Shown here in pieces: positions 48,978 through 62,644 of a stretch of 64,000 nt of DNA. A model generated the notes under the pieces. The model saw only the letters and a program-made list of their open reading frames with translations, was not told where the DNA came from and did not search any database. A program made the position numbers and the translations under genes. Each line of letters opens with the position of its first letter. The stretch's first letter is position 1. This stretch comes from Polymyxa betae A26-41 (taxonomy: Eukaryota; Protista; Endomyxa: Phytomyxea), in contig RBZT01000106.1 of the NCBI GenBank assembly GCA_003693705.1, positions 1 to 64,000 on the forward strand, read 5' to 3'.

Positions 48978-51526
48978 TTAATCTTGCTGGACCGACCTCA
49001 TTGCTGGATCAATATGCACCAACGTCTCATGTCGCTTATGATTGTCCTGACGTCGCCGGCGACCTTTTCGTGAGTCGACTACTTCCGAACTGAACTCATC
49101 TTGCTGATCGTCTTCAACGATACCGTCCAATTTACGAGCTTTCATCTGGGTCGTGTCCAAAGCGCCAGCCGGTACGCGCGCCAATGCAGCGAAATGCCGA
49201 TAGCCTCCCAGCATACTAGTTAAATCGATACCTTCCAAAGTCGTTATCCGCTGCGACTGCAGTGTGCCTTGGTCCATCTGCCATTGGTAGATGACACCAC
49301 CAGCAGTTGTCGCTGTTGTCGCATTGATGCCAGTTGCGACGCTGGTGAAGCAATGCGTCGGCGGCAGCCGAATGAAATTCGAGCCGGAGTCGGATCGCGA
49401 CACGATCGTCGTCGAATAGATGGTGCCGTTATCGCTGAGCGCCGCGGTATGGTTCTGGCTGCAAGAGATCTGGACGATACCCTTCCTGGTCAGCGTCTTC
49501 ACCTGCTGTGGTTCGAATACATGGCCGGGGACGGGGACGCCCGGCAGGCCCAGCTGCCCGAGGCTGTTGTCGCCCCAGACGTAGACGCATTGATCGAAGC
49601 CGACTCCAACCGTATGGTCACCACCACAGACGACTCCCGACCAGAATTCCGAATGAGTCTCTATACGACCAGCAGCAACCACCTCATCATCAGCTTGAGG
49701 GCCGCGCCCCAGCTGTCCTTCCACCCCACGACCCCATGTCCATAGATCGCCACTATCAGAGACAGACGCACAATGTTGTCGCCCACAAGCTAAATGGTCG
49801 ATAGAGACGCCTTCTAAACCTGCCACCATCACCGGCACACGAAGGTCGCCCGACGATACCATGCCAGCGCCCATGACGAACGCGCCGCCAGTCCCGATCA
49901 ATGTGAAAGCGCTGTGGAAGGCGCCGGCCCCGATCAAAGCCGCCTTCTGATTGCATAAAGGGCTATGCGACACGTGCAAACTCGTGGGCGATTTGATCGT
50001 TTCGGCAGCGCCTTCGCCAAGGCCAAGCTGGCCTCGGGCACAGCTTCCCCAGCCGTATAGATCGCCGTCGTCGCCCAGCGCCATCGTATGCTGCGACCCG
50101 AGCGCCACGACTCGGATTTGTACTTGGCCTAGAGCCCGACATAGTGTTGGGAATGGCTGTGATCGAGTGTTGTTCAAGCCGAGCTGGCCATGATGGCCCT
50201 GACCCCAGATGAACAGCGCATGCTGGAACTGGGCTGAATCGCCAACCCGGATTGTGGATTTCAAATCTGGAGTCAAATCTGGTTTTGCTGGCACGAACCT
50301 AAAAAGCGTCATTGTTATCATGCCTTCGAAGGAACGAGTCCAAAAACTTACACATGGTCAGCGTCGTCATCGTCATTTTTCTCCATGTCTCCATGTGTTT
50401 CGAAAACAGCAGGTTCTTTCTCGTCGCCCTCTTCTATGATGCCGAGATCTTTTAGTTGCTGACTTGTCGGTCGGTGTCGAAGCTTGTCCGACAGCGATTG
50501 CTGTCGCTGATGGAGATCCAGTCGACGTTGCCTCTCGGCCATCTTCGGTGACGTCTGTTTGAGAATGTTCTTGGCGACCAATGCCTTGACAGTCGGACGT
50601 GATTTCAACATGCGTTGAAGGCGCTCTTTTGGCGATTCAACAGCGACCGCATTGCCTGAGTCACCGGCATCTGGATCGAATCGGGACAGGTCGCTGCTAC
50701 TCGGCTTTAAAATATTCTTCTTGAGAAGAGCATCGGGAGACGATCTCTGATCCAGCAGTCGCTTTAATGCATCGCCCCGTGCCTGAATACCTAAGTTTCT
50801 CTGATCAGCGACCACGTTACGTAATACCAATCCATCCTCCCGAACATTCTTTAAAAATCAAAACTTAAAGAAAGCTGAATATAGAAGAATAACTTGTAAA
50901 GCAAACTGGTGGTTGCGATTGTGATTTGCCATTCAACTACCATTTGTCGTATCGACGATGATCCGCTGGCCCACCAATTCTTCTCGCGGCGATCGTGTAC
51001 CCAGTTGCAGTTCCAATGATTGTATTCGTGAATGAAACGACTCCCGATCGCTGCCCTTGATAATATTACGATCACGAAGCTGATCTGGCGTCGGTCTTGG
51101 CATCAGCAATCTCTCCAAATTCTGCTGCCTATCTGCCGATAACTTCCCGGATTGTACGAGGCCAGATTTGGTCATAACCGCCTCGGTACGAGCTTTGTTG
51201 GCGGCGTTTTGATCTTTGAGGAATCGCCCCAAGGCAGTAGCGTCGTCTTCCGATGAGCGCCGCTTCCCGATTGCCTGATTGACGGCGGCATCATCAGCGT
51301 TCACGAACCGGATTGTTCGCGGCCGTGTATTTACCGAATTTCCATTCAGCTTCAATACAGGTAGCTGCGTCGGCTGCTTCACACGCGACGATGACCGATG
51401 TCGACCGGAAGATACCGGACGATGTTCCATGCACGTATTCGACGAACCAATTCGATTGGCCAGACATCCTGGGCGTATACACGGAATTGAAATCGATTGC
51501 GAACTCGATGCCGATATGAACGACAT
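48978..51526 (-). CDS. RPEL-repeat + RCC1-repeat protein
   Basis: Five RPEL-like motifs (e.g. LMPRPTPDQLRDRNIIK, LKSRPTVKALVAKNILK). Intron 50299-50351 joins them in frame to RCC1 repeats (WGQGHHGQLG, WGRGVEGQLG, WGDNSLGQLG). Confidence 0.82.
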
Positions 51527-51757
51527 GACCTTGCCGACAACGTGTCAAGACATTGACGAGGGCCGGGATCAGGGCGCGTGTCTTTATGGCATTCGCCAGA
51601 TATTCGGCCGAACAGATTCGGGCACCGGAGCACCGCCTCCGTTTCCTTTGAAATGGAAACAGGTTCGCCGTTTCCGATAACAATAATCATTGCAATGAAA
51701 GGATATCTGTGTCCTTAACAGTGCTTGAATATGCTCATTGGATACCACATTATGTTC

Positions 51758-51912
51758 NNNNNNNNNNNNNNNNNNNNNNNNNNNNNNNNNNNNNNNNNNN
51801 NNNNNNNNNNNNNNNNNNNNNNNNNNNNNNNNNNNNNNNNNNNNNNNNNNNNNNNNNNNNNNNNNNNNNNNNNNNNNNNNNNNNNNNNNNNNNNNNNNNN
51901 NNNNNNNNNNNN
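51758..51912. other. Assembly gap
   Basis: 155 N bases. Confidence 1.
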
Positions 51913-51918
51913 CTGTAG

Positions 51919-54271
51919 CCGAACAGAGGACAGCGGTAGGAGAAGATTGAGGACAAAGGGAAGCGATTCCTATTGATTGCCGTTGTTAGGAAGTGGAGGC
52001 GAGCCGCGAACAGATCCAGAACGAATGTCGGGAGATGTATCAGGAATGGAACAATCAGCTCGCAAAGCAGGCACAGGAATTCAAGAATCTCGAATCGCAA
52101 ATGGTTCCTCAACATATTCTTCATTTGGAAAGAGTTAAGGTAGTCAAGTGTTCAACTCTTACAGAATCCGATTGTCGGCTAAAGACAGAATCAGCTTGGC
52201 AATGAGCTACGCGGGAACTATGAGAAAGAAGGAGAAGTCTTACGAAAACAGATCGAATCGATTTCTGAAAATCTGAGCCAGGTTAAAAGAGACTCACAGA
52301 ATTACCAGGTTCGTATTCGATGACCTTGAACTGTCTTAAGTGAAACACGCTTTACAGATGCAATGGGAGAACGCAATCTCAGAGAAGGAGCTCATGCAAG
52401 CTCGTTTGTCGAAGTTGATATCGACCCTGCAAGAGTGAAATTCGAAGACAGTTGGTTATCTCTTATATTGATGTCAAATTAGAGATTCGGAAACACAAAA
52501 GCAACGTATTCATGAAGTGGAAAGCATGAATTCTGATTTAAAGGAAAGCGTTCGGTTGCTGGAGACACGTATAATCAATCTGAGTGTTTCTGAGACTCAC
52601 TTATTATTAGAACAAGAAGCTGTAGGTGCCAATTTATTCCTTTTATCGAACATGGACAATCTCTAATTCTACATCAGATGCGGAAAGAAGCGGAAGAGGC
52701 GATTCAAGCAAAGTGTCAACTGGAGCTATCACAGCTTAGAACGGTTAAGGAACTTCAATCCCAATGTTCGCTACTGGAAGCTCAGCTTGAATGCCATCAA
52801 ACGAAGGCCCAAGAAACAATTGATTTAAAAGAACAGGTTAGAGCTTGCAAAATAGTGTCCTGAATTCAGGCTTACCTGTAACAGGTTCTCGAGCAACTAA
52901 AACAGTCAGAGGCCAAAACCAGGCAGTATCGAGTACAAAGTAAGAAAACTATTTGCATCAATTTCTGTCAATGACGTCACATTCAGTTGCAGAACTTCAA
53001 CAAAATTTAGAAGAAACCAGATCACAATGCGACACACAAAAACAGACATATGATATGGACATTTCAATCACGCGCCAACGTTTGGAGTCGTTGAACAACC
53101 AATTCGAGATTCAGGTCTTTCAGCAATAAGCCAAGTACGCTGGTTTTTTGAATTTTTCTTGATAGATACAAGATTACCAAAACCGTATCAGCACTTGCGA
53201 AAGAAATGAGGAACTTCTTCGGGCTGAATACGAGCGACGTGGGAAAGAACGTGAGGCGCAAAGCCAAATGGAATTCGAACGACTTAAGGAACTTCTTTTG
53301 CAATCACAGCATCAAACTACCAGATTACAGGAAGAAGTGCAAAAACTTTCCGAGGAGCTGCTAAAGCAAAACACGGTTTCCGAACGAAAGGTATAAATCT
53401 CTCGTCCAATTAGCTCACTTCAATAATTCGCATTGCCAGCTTGCTGAACTGACAGAAGAAAGGAATAAGTTGATGTTTGCGACAGAGAAAGCCCATGCGG
53501 ATCTCAACGCTCAAGTCCAACTCAACGAAAAGATTCATACTGAGCTTAGGGGAATGCATGATGCTTACAACGATTTGAGCAAAAAACATTCATCTCATGT
53601 CTCACTACTAAACGAAACAAAAGATTCGCTAACGAGGCAAACTGAGCAAAACAAGCAATTGCTGGAGACGAATGAACGCTTGCAAGTGAAGGTAAAACAA
53701 ATGGGACGCATGGGGAAAACTAACCATCTTAAGATAAAATCCTTGAGAGAGGAATCGAAACGCGATTCTCAAGATTGGCGATCGGAGCGAGAAGTTATGA
53801 TACATGAGCTTAGGGCAAGTGAAGACCAAGTCAAGAAGCTTCAAGAGAACGTAGCAACATTGAGCAATGATAGAATCAAAATGGAACAAATTCTAGAGGC
53901 ATGCACAGAAAAATCCAAAAAAGTAGTTTTTGAAATGCGATTCTGAAATCCTCAAGTCTAAAATTATATTCAGGATCATCAACACCACAAACGAATCACC
54001 AGAGACTTGAGGGATCGCATGGCTAGCCTGTTGGGTGAATTGGCTGTTTTGAAGGAAGTAAGCGCTTGCGAACATGATCGTACGATAAAACCCCTGAAAA
54101 TTCTAGGTCCAGGGCTACAACTTCCAGGAGAGCAATAATCAGCATGCAGCAAGTATGCACAGATCCCAGGGTGGCGACAATCAGGTCGGCATAGACCTGC
54201 GTTCATTCGAAGGTATCAAGGCTCTGACCGCAGATGTCCATGCATTCGGAGACCAACTATTAAAGAAATGA
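51919..54271 (+). CDS. Long coiled-coil protein, many exons; 5' end lost in the gap
   Basis: E/K/Q/L-rich exons (51993-52205, 52678-52863, 53470-53946) with short GT-AG introns. Confidence 0.7.
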
Positions 54272-54546
54272 ATAAAACCGCAGAGAGTGAGCTACCGGCA
54301 CTGTATGTAATTGTGTTACAGAAGTGGCTGCAGCCTTCTATTCAGCTGGGCCCATACTAAACACCGATTCGGTCAGACAAGCCTGCCAGACCAGCAATCA
54401 CATCTTTCTCCATCTGTCCCCTTCCGTCTCGATCGGCTTGGGCGTCCTAGCAGAAGGCGGCGCTGCAAAATAAGCGACGCCTTCACCGCGAAGTTTCCTA
54501 GTCCGGCTGCAGATCACATCCATGTGTTGCTGTAATTAACGTTGCA

Positions 54547-57500
54547 ATGGATGAAGAATGCATGGAAAAACAGCTTGATTCGAGATCCTCACCTTCAAAA
54601 GCCCAGGATAGTCCAAAGGGCAAAGTGCCGGATTTGTGTACGCCTGCGCCCACAACTGATGGAAGCGAGGGCGTATTGAGATATGAAATGAGCTGTTTAC
54701 GCTCGGTTTTGGACGCTGAAACCCATGGCGGCCGATGGCTCACAATGTGTATAGCTGTCCAGGAAAGCAATTGGTCGAAAGCATTTTCGGTTTGGTCCTC
54801 TTCCGATACGAACGTTATTGTCGACGTACAAGTCTTAATGACGGATAGTGAAGAATCGGTACCGTCTGGCTATGAAATTCTGAAATCGGTCTCTGGTGCT
54901 GAAGGCGACATAAACAAAAAAACTGGTGGACGGATCATCCATTTATGTGCTCGTCGCACCGTCTATAGGCCTCCTTCATCTTCACCATCTTCGGATGCCA
55001 ATCAAATGTAGAGATTGCTTGTTTTTTACGTATCACTTTTGAATGCCTTGTTATAGAACTCACCAGGATCCGATAACAGCATTGTCTGTTGTTTGCGACG
55101 ACCAGTACCAAGAAGCCCCATTAGGCTTTACGAACATTGAGAGGACGGTTGGAGGACGCTCTGCAGATTTAAGCTTAGGAAATGGAGCCCAAAGAATGTT
55201 TTTGTGTCATATCCGAGGAACCGGTCCTCCCATCAACAATCTTGTGCTGCTGTTCAATTCAAGGAAGGAAACGCCTCCACCTGGTTATCATAAGCTGGTG
55301 AAAACGGCGAATGATGACACGGCTGATTTATCCAGTTTATGCAAGACTGGAAACGAGGTACGATTTTTAATTTGATAGTTTCCAAGCTTAGCTCTTACAG
55401 GTTTATCTCTGTTTTTCCCTTGATCTACAATTTCTAATTCATCGATTCAAACTGGATATATCTGTTGATGAAAAATGGTCGGCATGCGCTGCATTATTCG
55501 TGGCCTGTTTATTCTCCCCTTCGGAAAATGTTGTTGTCCAATCGCTAAAATCTCTGCATGAGCTTCTCTTGATGTCCCCCGGTCTGAACGTGCCACTCGG
55601 AGCCAACCTAATGAACATAATATTCCATGCGCTCTGCGACTGTCTAATTCTTGCCCGATCGCATTTCACAAGAAGCGTGCAATCCCTTGGGTTGCAAGTT
55701 CTTCTCGACTCTTTCTTGAAATACGTCTACGAGTTGCGATTGGAAACCGTCCTCAGGGTCTATGAGACGTTTTTCTTCGAAAGACATAAAGATCGCCGGG
55801 AAGCTCTGTCTTTCCAAATCGCCGAATTTCTATTTACTGAAGAGACTAACCAGAGGTCTTCGTCAACGCAGCGTGAAGAATCAGAAACTATTGACGGTGG
55901 AGGTTCCAATTTCGATGTGAAAAGCTGGATTAAGCATGATCTACTTGATTCTCTCACTGATACGATCGACCTGCATAAAAGCTGCAGCCGGGTCATCAAC
56001 TGGTTCCAAAGGTCGAAAGAAGTCAATCTCTCTTTTCGGATAACGATTAGTGATCTGCTGCAAAAACTCTGCCCCAGGAAACACGTCGATCGTTTAATCA
56101 TTGGCTTGTTACTAACGGCTTGCAAGATCGCATCTCACCAGTCCTTATCCAAACAACCATCAAAATCGGAATCGATCATGCGCAAGATCCATGCTCTTAA
56201 TTTGATTCTTCGAATTATCAGCCATCCTTCAACGGTGGATATCATGACACCGAAAGGCCCGTTGCTGATTCTTCGGCGGTTCGTCTGTGCTTCGCTTCTG
56301 GAATCTTATGTCACCGTTGTGCCGGCAGTTTTCAAACTCGTCCTGTCTTGGTTCACAGAGCTCTGGCAATCTTATAGGCATCTACTGAAAACCGAGCTAG
56401 GAATTATCATGGAGTCTGTTGTGCTGGGATTGATTCAAAGTGCATACTGCTGGCCTGAACAGAAAATCGACCTAATCGAAGCAATCTCTCACTTATTCCC
56501 GACTCCGGGCAATCTAGTAGATTTGTTCTACAATTATGACAACGATATCCAACGAAGGAATCTTTTCGGGCGCCTAATCAACTCTTTGTGCAAAATCTGT
56601 GATAATCAAGTGAACCCAGCAGTTATCAAAGGAGCCAAATCGAAGCAGATACAGCAACATCCTGTACAAGCTGCTTTTCTGCAGTCGGCCTATGAAGCCA
56701 ATGCTAGCTTAATTAACCTACAGCGGACCTCTCTATCCACTGTTGTTAGCTTTCTCGAGCATTTGGCTGAATTCATTTCTCCGCCCACTTTGTATCTCGA
56801 CGAATTTAAAGCTTCTGGGTCTCGCTCATCATCGATATGTCTTCCCATGCTGGAAAGCTTTGTTCCAGTTTCACCAAAACCCTTTGGAAAGCAGTCCTCG
56901 TTTAGCTCTCTTTTTGCGAATTTGGACTCGAGCCCAACTTCTCATAAAAGATCACAGTCTTGGTGCGAAACTGAAGCTGAGGAAAAACAGAAAGAAATGA
57001 TGTCAAGGGATAGGAGGATCCGCTCATCTACCTGGGTCTCACGCCATATGCAACAGAAGAAAGCGCAGCTCTTGCACACCGAAGCAATCACTCTGGCGCG
57101 CTCAGAATCAATTAAAGCTGCCGTCGCCATGCTGATCTCCAGAAGAGGAATATTTGATCCTGATGAAATTGCTGCATTTTTCAGCTCCAATGCCAACTCA
57201 TTGGATAAAACAGAAATCGGAGAATTTATTGCTACAGATTTCACCCGGCATATGACGTCAGAGCAGTTCGACCAGCTTCGAAGATCCTTCATGGCGATGA
57301 TCGATTTCACCTCGCTTGATCTTGATTCCGCATTGAGGCATTTCTTGGTGCATTCTGGGTTTCGTCTTCCAGGCGAAGCTCAGAAAGTTGATCGTCTGAT
57401 TCAGGTTACCGTTTTCCAAATCCATAATATTTTGCTAATTCTGTTGACAGGCCTTTGCCGATGCTTATGTTCGGGATAATCCAGGCGTTTTCGCCAACGA

Positions 57501-59290
57501 TGAGGCTGTTTATTTGGTAGCCTTTGCGCTGATTATGTTAAATACCGACATGCACGATCCCCGCCTTCGAACAGGGAAACAGTCCAGGTCTCCAATGACA
57601 AAGGTTCTCTATACTAACCGGATCTGGATTTGATTCTCAATTGATCGATACAGGCCCAATTTATTCGGAATTTACAAGGAGTCGATGCAACAATGTCAGC
57701 AGCTTTGTTAGGCGCTCTGTTCGACGGAATCGCAGCGAGACCAATTGAATGGCAGAACCCTTCCTCAGATGATCCGTCATCTGTTGCTCAAATCACAGTT
57801 CCTGCTGATACTGAGAGAAATTTCCTAAAGGATTGCACAAATCTCTCTAGGCAAGGCCTGACCTGGATTAAGACGGGGCCCATCAGACCCAGAATGTATT
57901 TGACAACCGACTCCAAGCACATTGTCAAGGTATTTTGAATGTCAGAAAGATAAGGAATGGCTTAACGTAGTTCCGCTGTAGGGCATGTTTGAAGTCATTT
58001 TTACAACGCTGTTAGGGTCCTTGAGCTCCTTCAATGACAAGAGCAATGAATCGGACGTTGAAATCAGGACTACGTGTATCGATGGCATCAAATACGCTTC
58101 AGTCATTGCGCTTGCGACAAATTCCCAAGAAGAGCTCGATGCTTTCTTGAGCATTTTGGCGAAAATAGCGTATGTTGAGCAAAACAAAGCTACCGTGCCT
58201 AGCCCACAGATTCGCAAAGCGCTGGTTGCAGGAGAGCATCTAAATCAGAACTGGGTTGTCGACCTCAAACTGCTCTTGGCCAGCCGCAATAAGAAGGCTG
58301 TCAATGTGATTGTCCGAACAGCAAACAGGTTAAAAAGGAATATAATTTTCGAGAGGGATCAATTGGTTCTGTTGAACATCCAGAACGAATTCACCGAAGA
58401 ACTCCTGTTGGTCGACCCTGAACGGACGTTTGTTCGCGAGGGCCATCTCACGAAAATGTCTTCTGGAAGCAGACTGCAACTATACAGGTTCTTCCTGTTT
58501 ACAGATTTAGTATTATATGCAAGAGAGCAGTTCCAGAAGCTGAAAGTCCATAAAGTTGTGCACCTATCTATGTGCAGGTTAATGGATTTGCCGGATAGCG
58601 AGAATGAATCAGGACCTGCGATCAAGAATGCTTTCAAGATTATCAGTCCTCAAAAAAGCTTCACTGTCCTTGCCCCGTCTCAAAATGACAAAAGAACATG
58701 GATGGCTGATATTCAGAAGCACATTGAGCTCTGCTATACCCAACATATGAAATGGATCGAAGGTGAGTGAATTCGCATTCTGTTTGGATTCCGTCTTAGA
58801 TTTTTTGCAGCTGCAAGGTCTGAACCGCTGCAAGATCATAATCATTCGGTTTCTGAACTAAAGGACGAATCACTGGATCCGAACGATTCTGTTGATGGAT
58901 CGGTAAACTCCACGGGTTCGAATCAATCTGGAAGTGCCAGTAATCTGAACACATCACGGCTCATGTCGAGTTTCATCGGAAGGCCCAAAGGAAAGCTACT
59001 GCAGCGGGGATGTCGCTTCTGCATTAGAGATTTCGCCATGCTCCGGAGGAAGGTGAGAATATTTCGGACTCGTGGCTCATCTGGTTTCTGAAATTGTTTA
59101 GTGCATCTGCTCTTGGTGTTCACAAACGGTATGCTCGGCTTGCTCTACGCATCGGCTAGAGCTCCCGGTGAACTCCAACGACAGTCGTAGCCCGAAGAAG
59201 CTGCAAAGGGTTTGTGATGCCTGCTATGGCCACCTGATAGGCAGCATCGAGATAGGAAAACCGCCGGAAATATTACCAGCAAATAAATAA
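54547..59290 (+). CDS. ArfGEF with MABP, HUS/Sec7_N, Sec7, PH and FYVE-like domains
   Basis: MABP repeats (VPSGYEIL...DINKKTGG, APLGF...ADL, PPPGY...ADL); FYNYDND; FRLPGEAQKVDRL, IMLNTDMH; FVREG...FFLFTD...W; CRFC...RVCDAC. Confidence 0.88.
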
Positions 59291-59425
59291 TATTGTATTG
59301 ACAATGGAAGAGGATTTCTATGTCCAGTATGGACATTAGTGGAGGTGAAACGTGGCCAATGTGTAAACCTGACTGTGACACTTTGCACAACAAACTTGTC
59401 TTTCATTCCTTATAGCAATCTGTCC

Positions 59426-61127
<1,702 letters not shown>

Positions 61128-61427
61128 TTGCTCTTGGTTATCATATACTTCATTTATATTTATACAATCATAACAATGTTTTCAAAATGCGCATCCATGA
61201 ATGTCAATTGTCAGCTATTATTGCAACCGCTTATAATTATTATGGAACATTCGAGGATACATACAAACACATGAATCCGTGCAGACAAGATGCCTACGAG
61301 CCGATTCAAATAGAGAGATCCGGATCCGAAACCCTAGAACCCTATCTAAGATTTAGGGTTAACTGGAGCAGCCCGAACAGCCTAATTTTGTGACAAGCTT
61401 GTAAAGTTGTGTACCCTTACGATCGTC

Positions 61428-62585
61428 ATGGTTATGGCTGATTTGATGGCGAAATGCGATGCTGTTTCTGATGAACATTCACCTCTGCTATCGCCATCAG
61501 TCTCTCCAGGCACAAAATATATAGTTGCTGCTGATGCTGTAGCTGTCATCATGTGCAGACGTCGTCAACCGGTCTGTTGTCTACGTTCGAACTTGGAATT
61601 CTTCTCAATCCCTGATGGAAGTGTTGTTGAGATTCTTCAACCTAACATAACTCTATTTGGATCCATGAGAGGTGAACGTGTAGTTGGAGTTCGTGTAGTC
61701 GCAAGTATTAATTCCGATTTAAATGGTGTACTTGGATCTATTCGTTTAAGATGGTTACAAGCTTATGGAGATTTCTTATCAGCTGTTTGTTCACCGAAAT
61801 CATCGTCACTTGGGGATGAAACTATCCTTCGACAGACTAATTCATGGTGGCCAGTACCACCTAGAAAACGACGTCAAAATGTCATCAACGATGTGGTTGT
61901 GGAAGCAGATAGTGTGGAAGAAGGTCTCCCTGCTGAACGTCCACAACCATCCGAATTGGACCAGTTTCTAATGCAAATCGGTATCGACCCTAGCCCACAA
62001 ACCCTAAACCCTAACCCTATCACAACCACCACAATTTTATCACGTTTAAAGGAGGGCGAGTACGACTTCCAAGGTGACGTGGTGAGATCGCTGGCAACAA
62101 CATTATTCGGATCATCACCTCTTCATATCGATCATGTTCGAATTCGACGACGAAAGATCACAGTACGGCTGCGACAGCGTCAGACGATCGCGTTATCAAC
62201 ACCGTCCGGGTTCGTACTGGACCAGGGCCGACTGATGCCGCGCCCCGTCCAGGTACGACGCCTGGCGTTCCGGGACGAGGTCGAGATCGATCTGGCCGCG
62301 GACGGCACCGTGGCCGGTGTCCGCCAGGGCGATATCAGCGTCGTGAAAGGGCCGGTATGTCTGGGGGTCAAGGTCCGGACCGAACGTCATCCGGGCCGGA
62401 TCGATACCGATGAGAAGGGTCGCGCGATCGTCGCCGTGGACCAGCACGGCGACGCCGTCCGTGCTGCGGATGGCGCCTATCAGCTGAGGCAGTACGACGA
62501 CTGGATTCTGGTGTCAGCATTGGGTAAAACCCACTGGATTGGTGTGAGTCCATTAAACCCTAAAACCCTACAAAACCCTCGATAA
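61428..62585 (+). CDS. Hypothetical protein
   Basis: Long ORF 61407-62585 with a beta-rich, GC3-rich C-terminal half; no recognised family. Confidence 0.65.
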   Translation: MVMADLMAKCDAVSDEHSPLLSPSVSPGTKYIVAADAVAVIMCRRRQPVCCLRSNLEFFSIPDGSVVEILQPNITLFGSMRGERVVGVRVVASINSDLNGVLGSIRLRWLQAYGDFLSAVCSPKSSSLGDETILRQTNSWWPVPPRKRRQNVINDVVVEADSVEEGLPAERPQPSELDQFLMQIGIDPSPQTLNPNPITTTTILSRLKEGEYDFQGDVVRSLATTLFGSSPLHIDHVRIRRRKITVRLRQRQTIALSTPSGFVLDQGRLMPRPVQVRRLAFRDEVEIDLAADGTVAGVRQGDISVVKGPVCLGVKVRTERHPGRIDTDEKGRAIVAVDQHGDAVRAADGAYQLRQYDDWILVSALGKTHWIGVSPLNPKTLQNPR

Positions 62586-62644
62586 TAAACGATCCCGTTT
62601 TGTATGGAAGAGATCGATCGTGTCTCTGTACTTATTGATATCAG

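Noticed and set aside
51709-52124. ORFs containing X runs
   Set aside because: Artefacts of the N gap.
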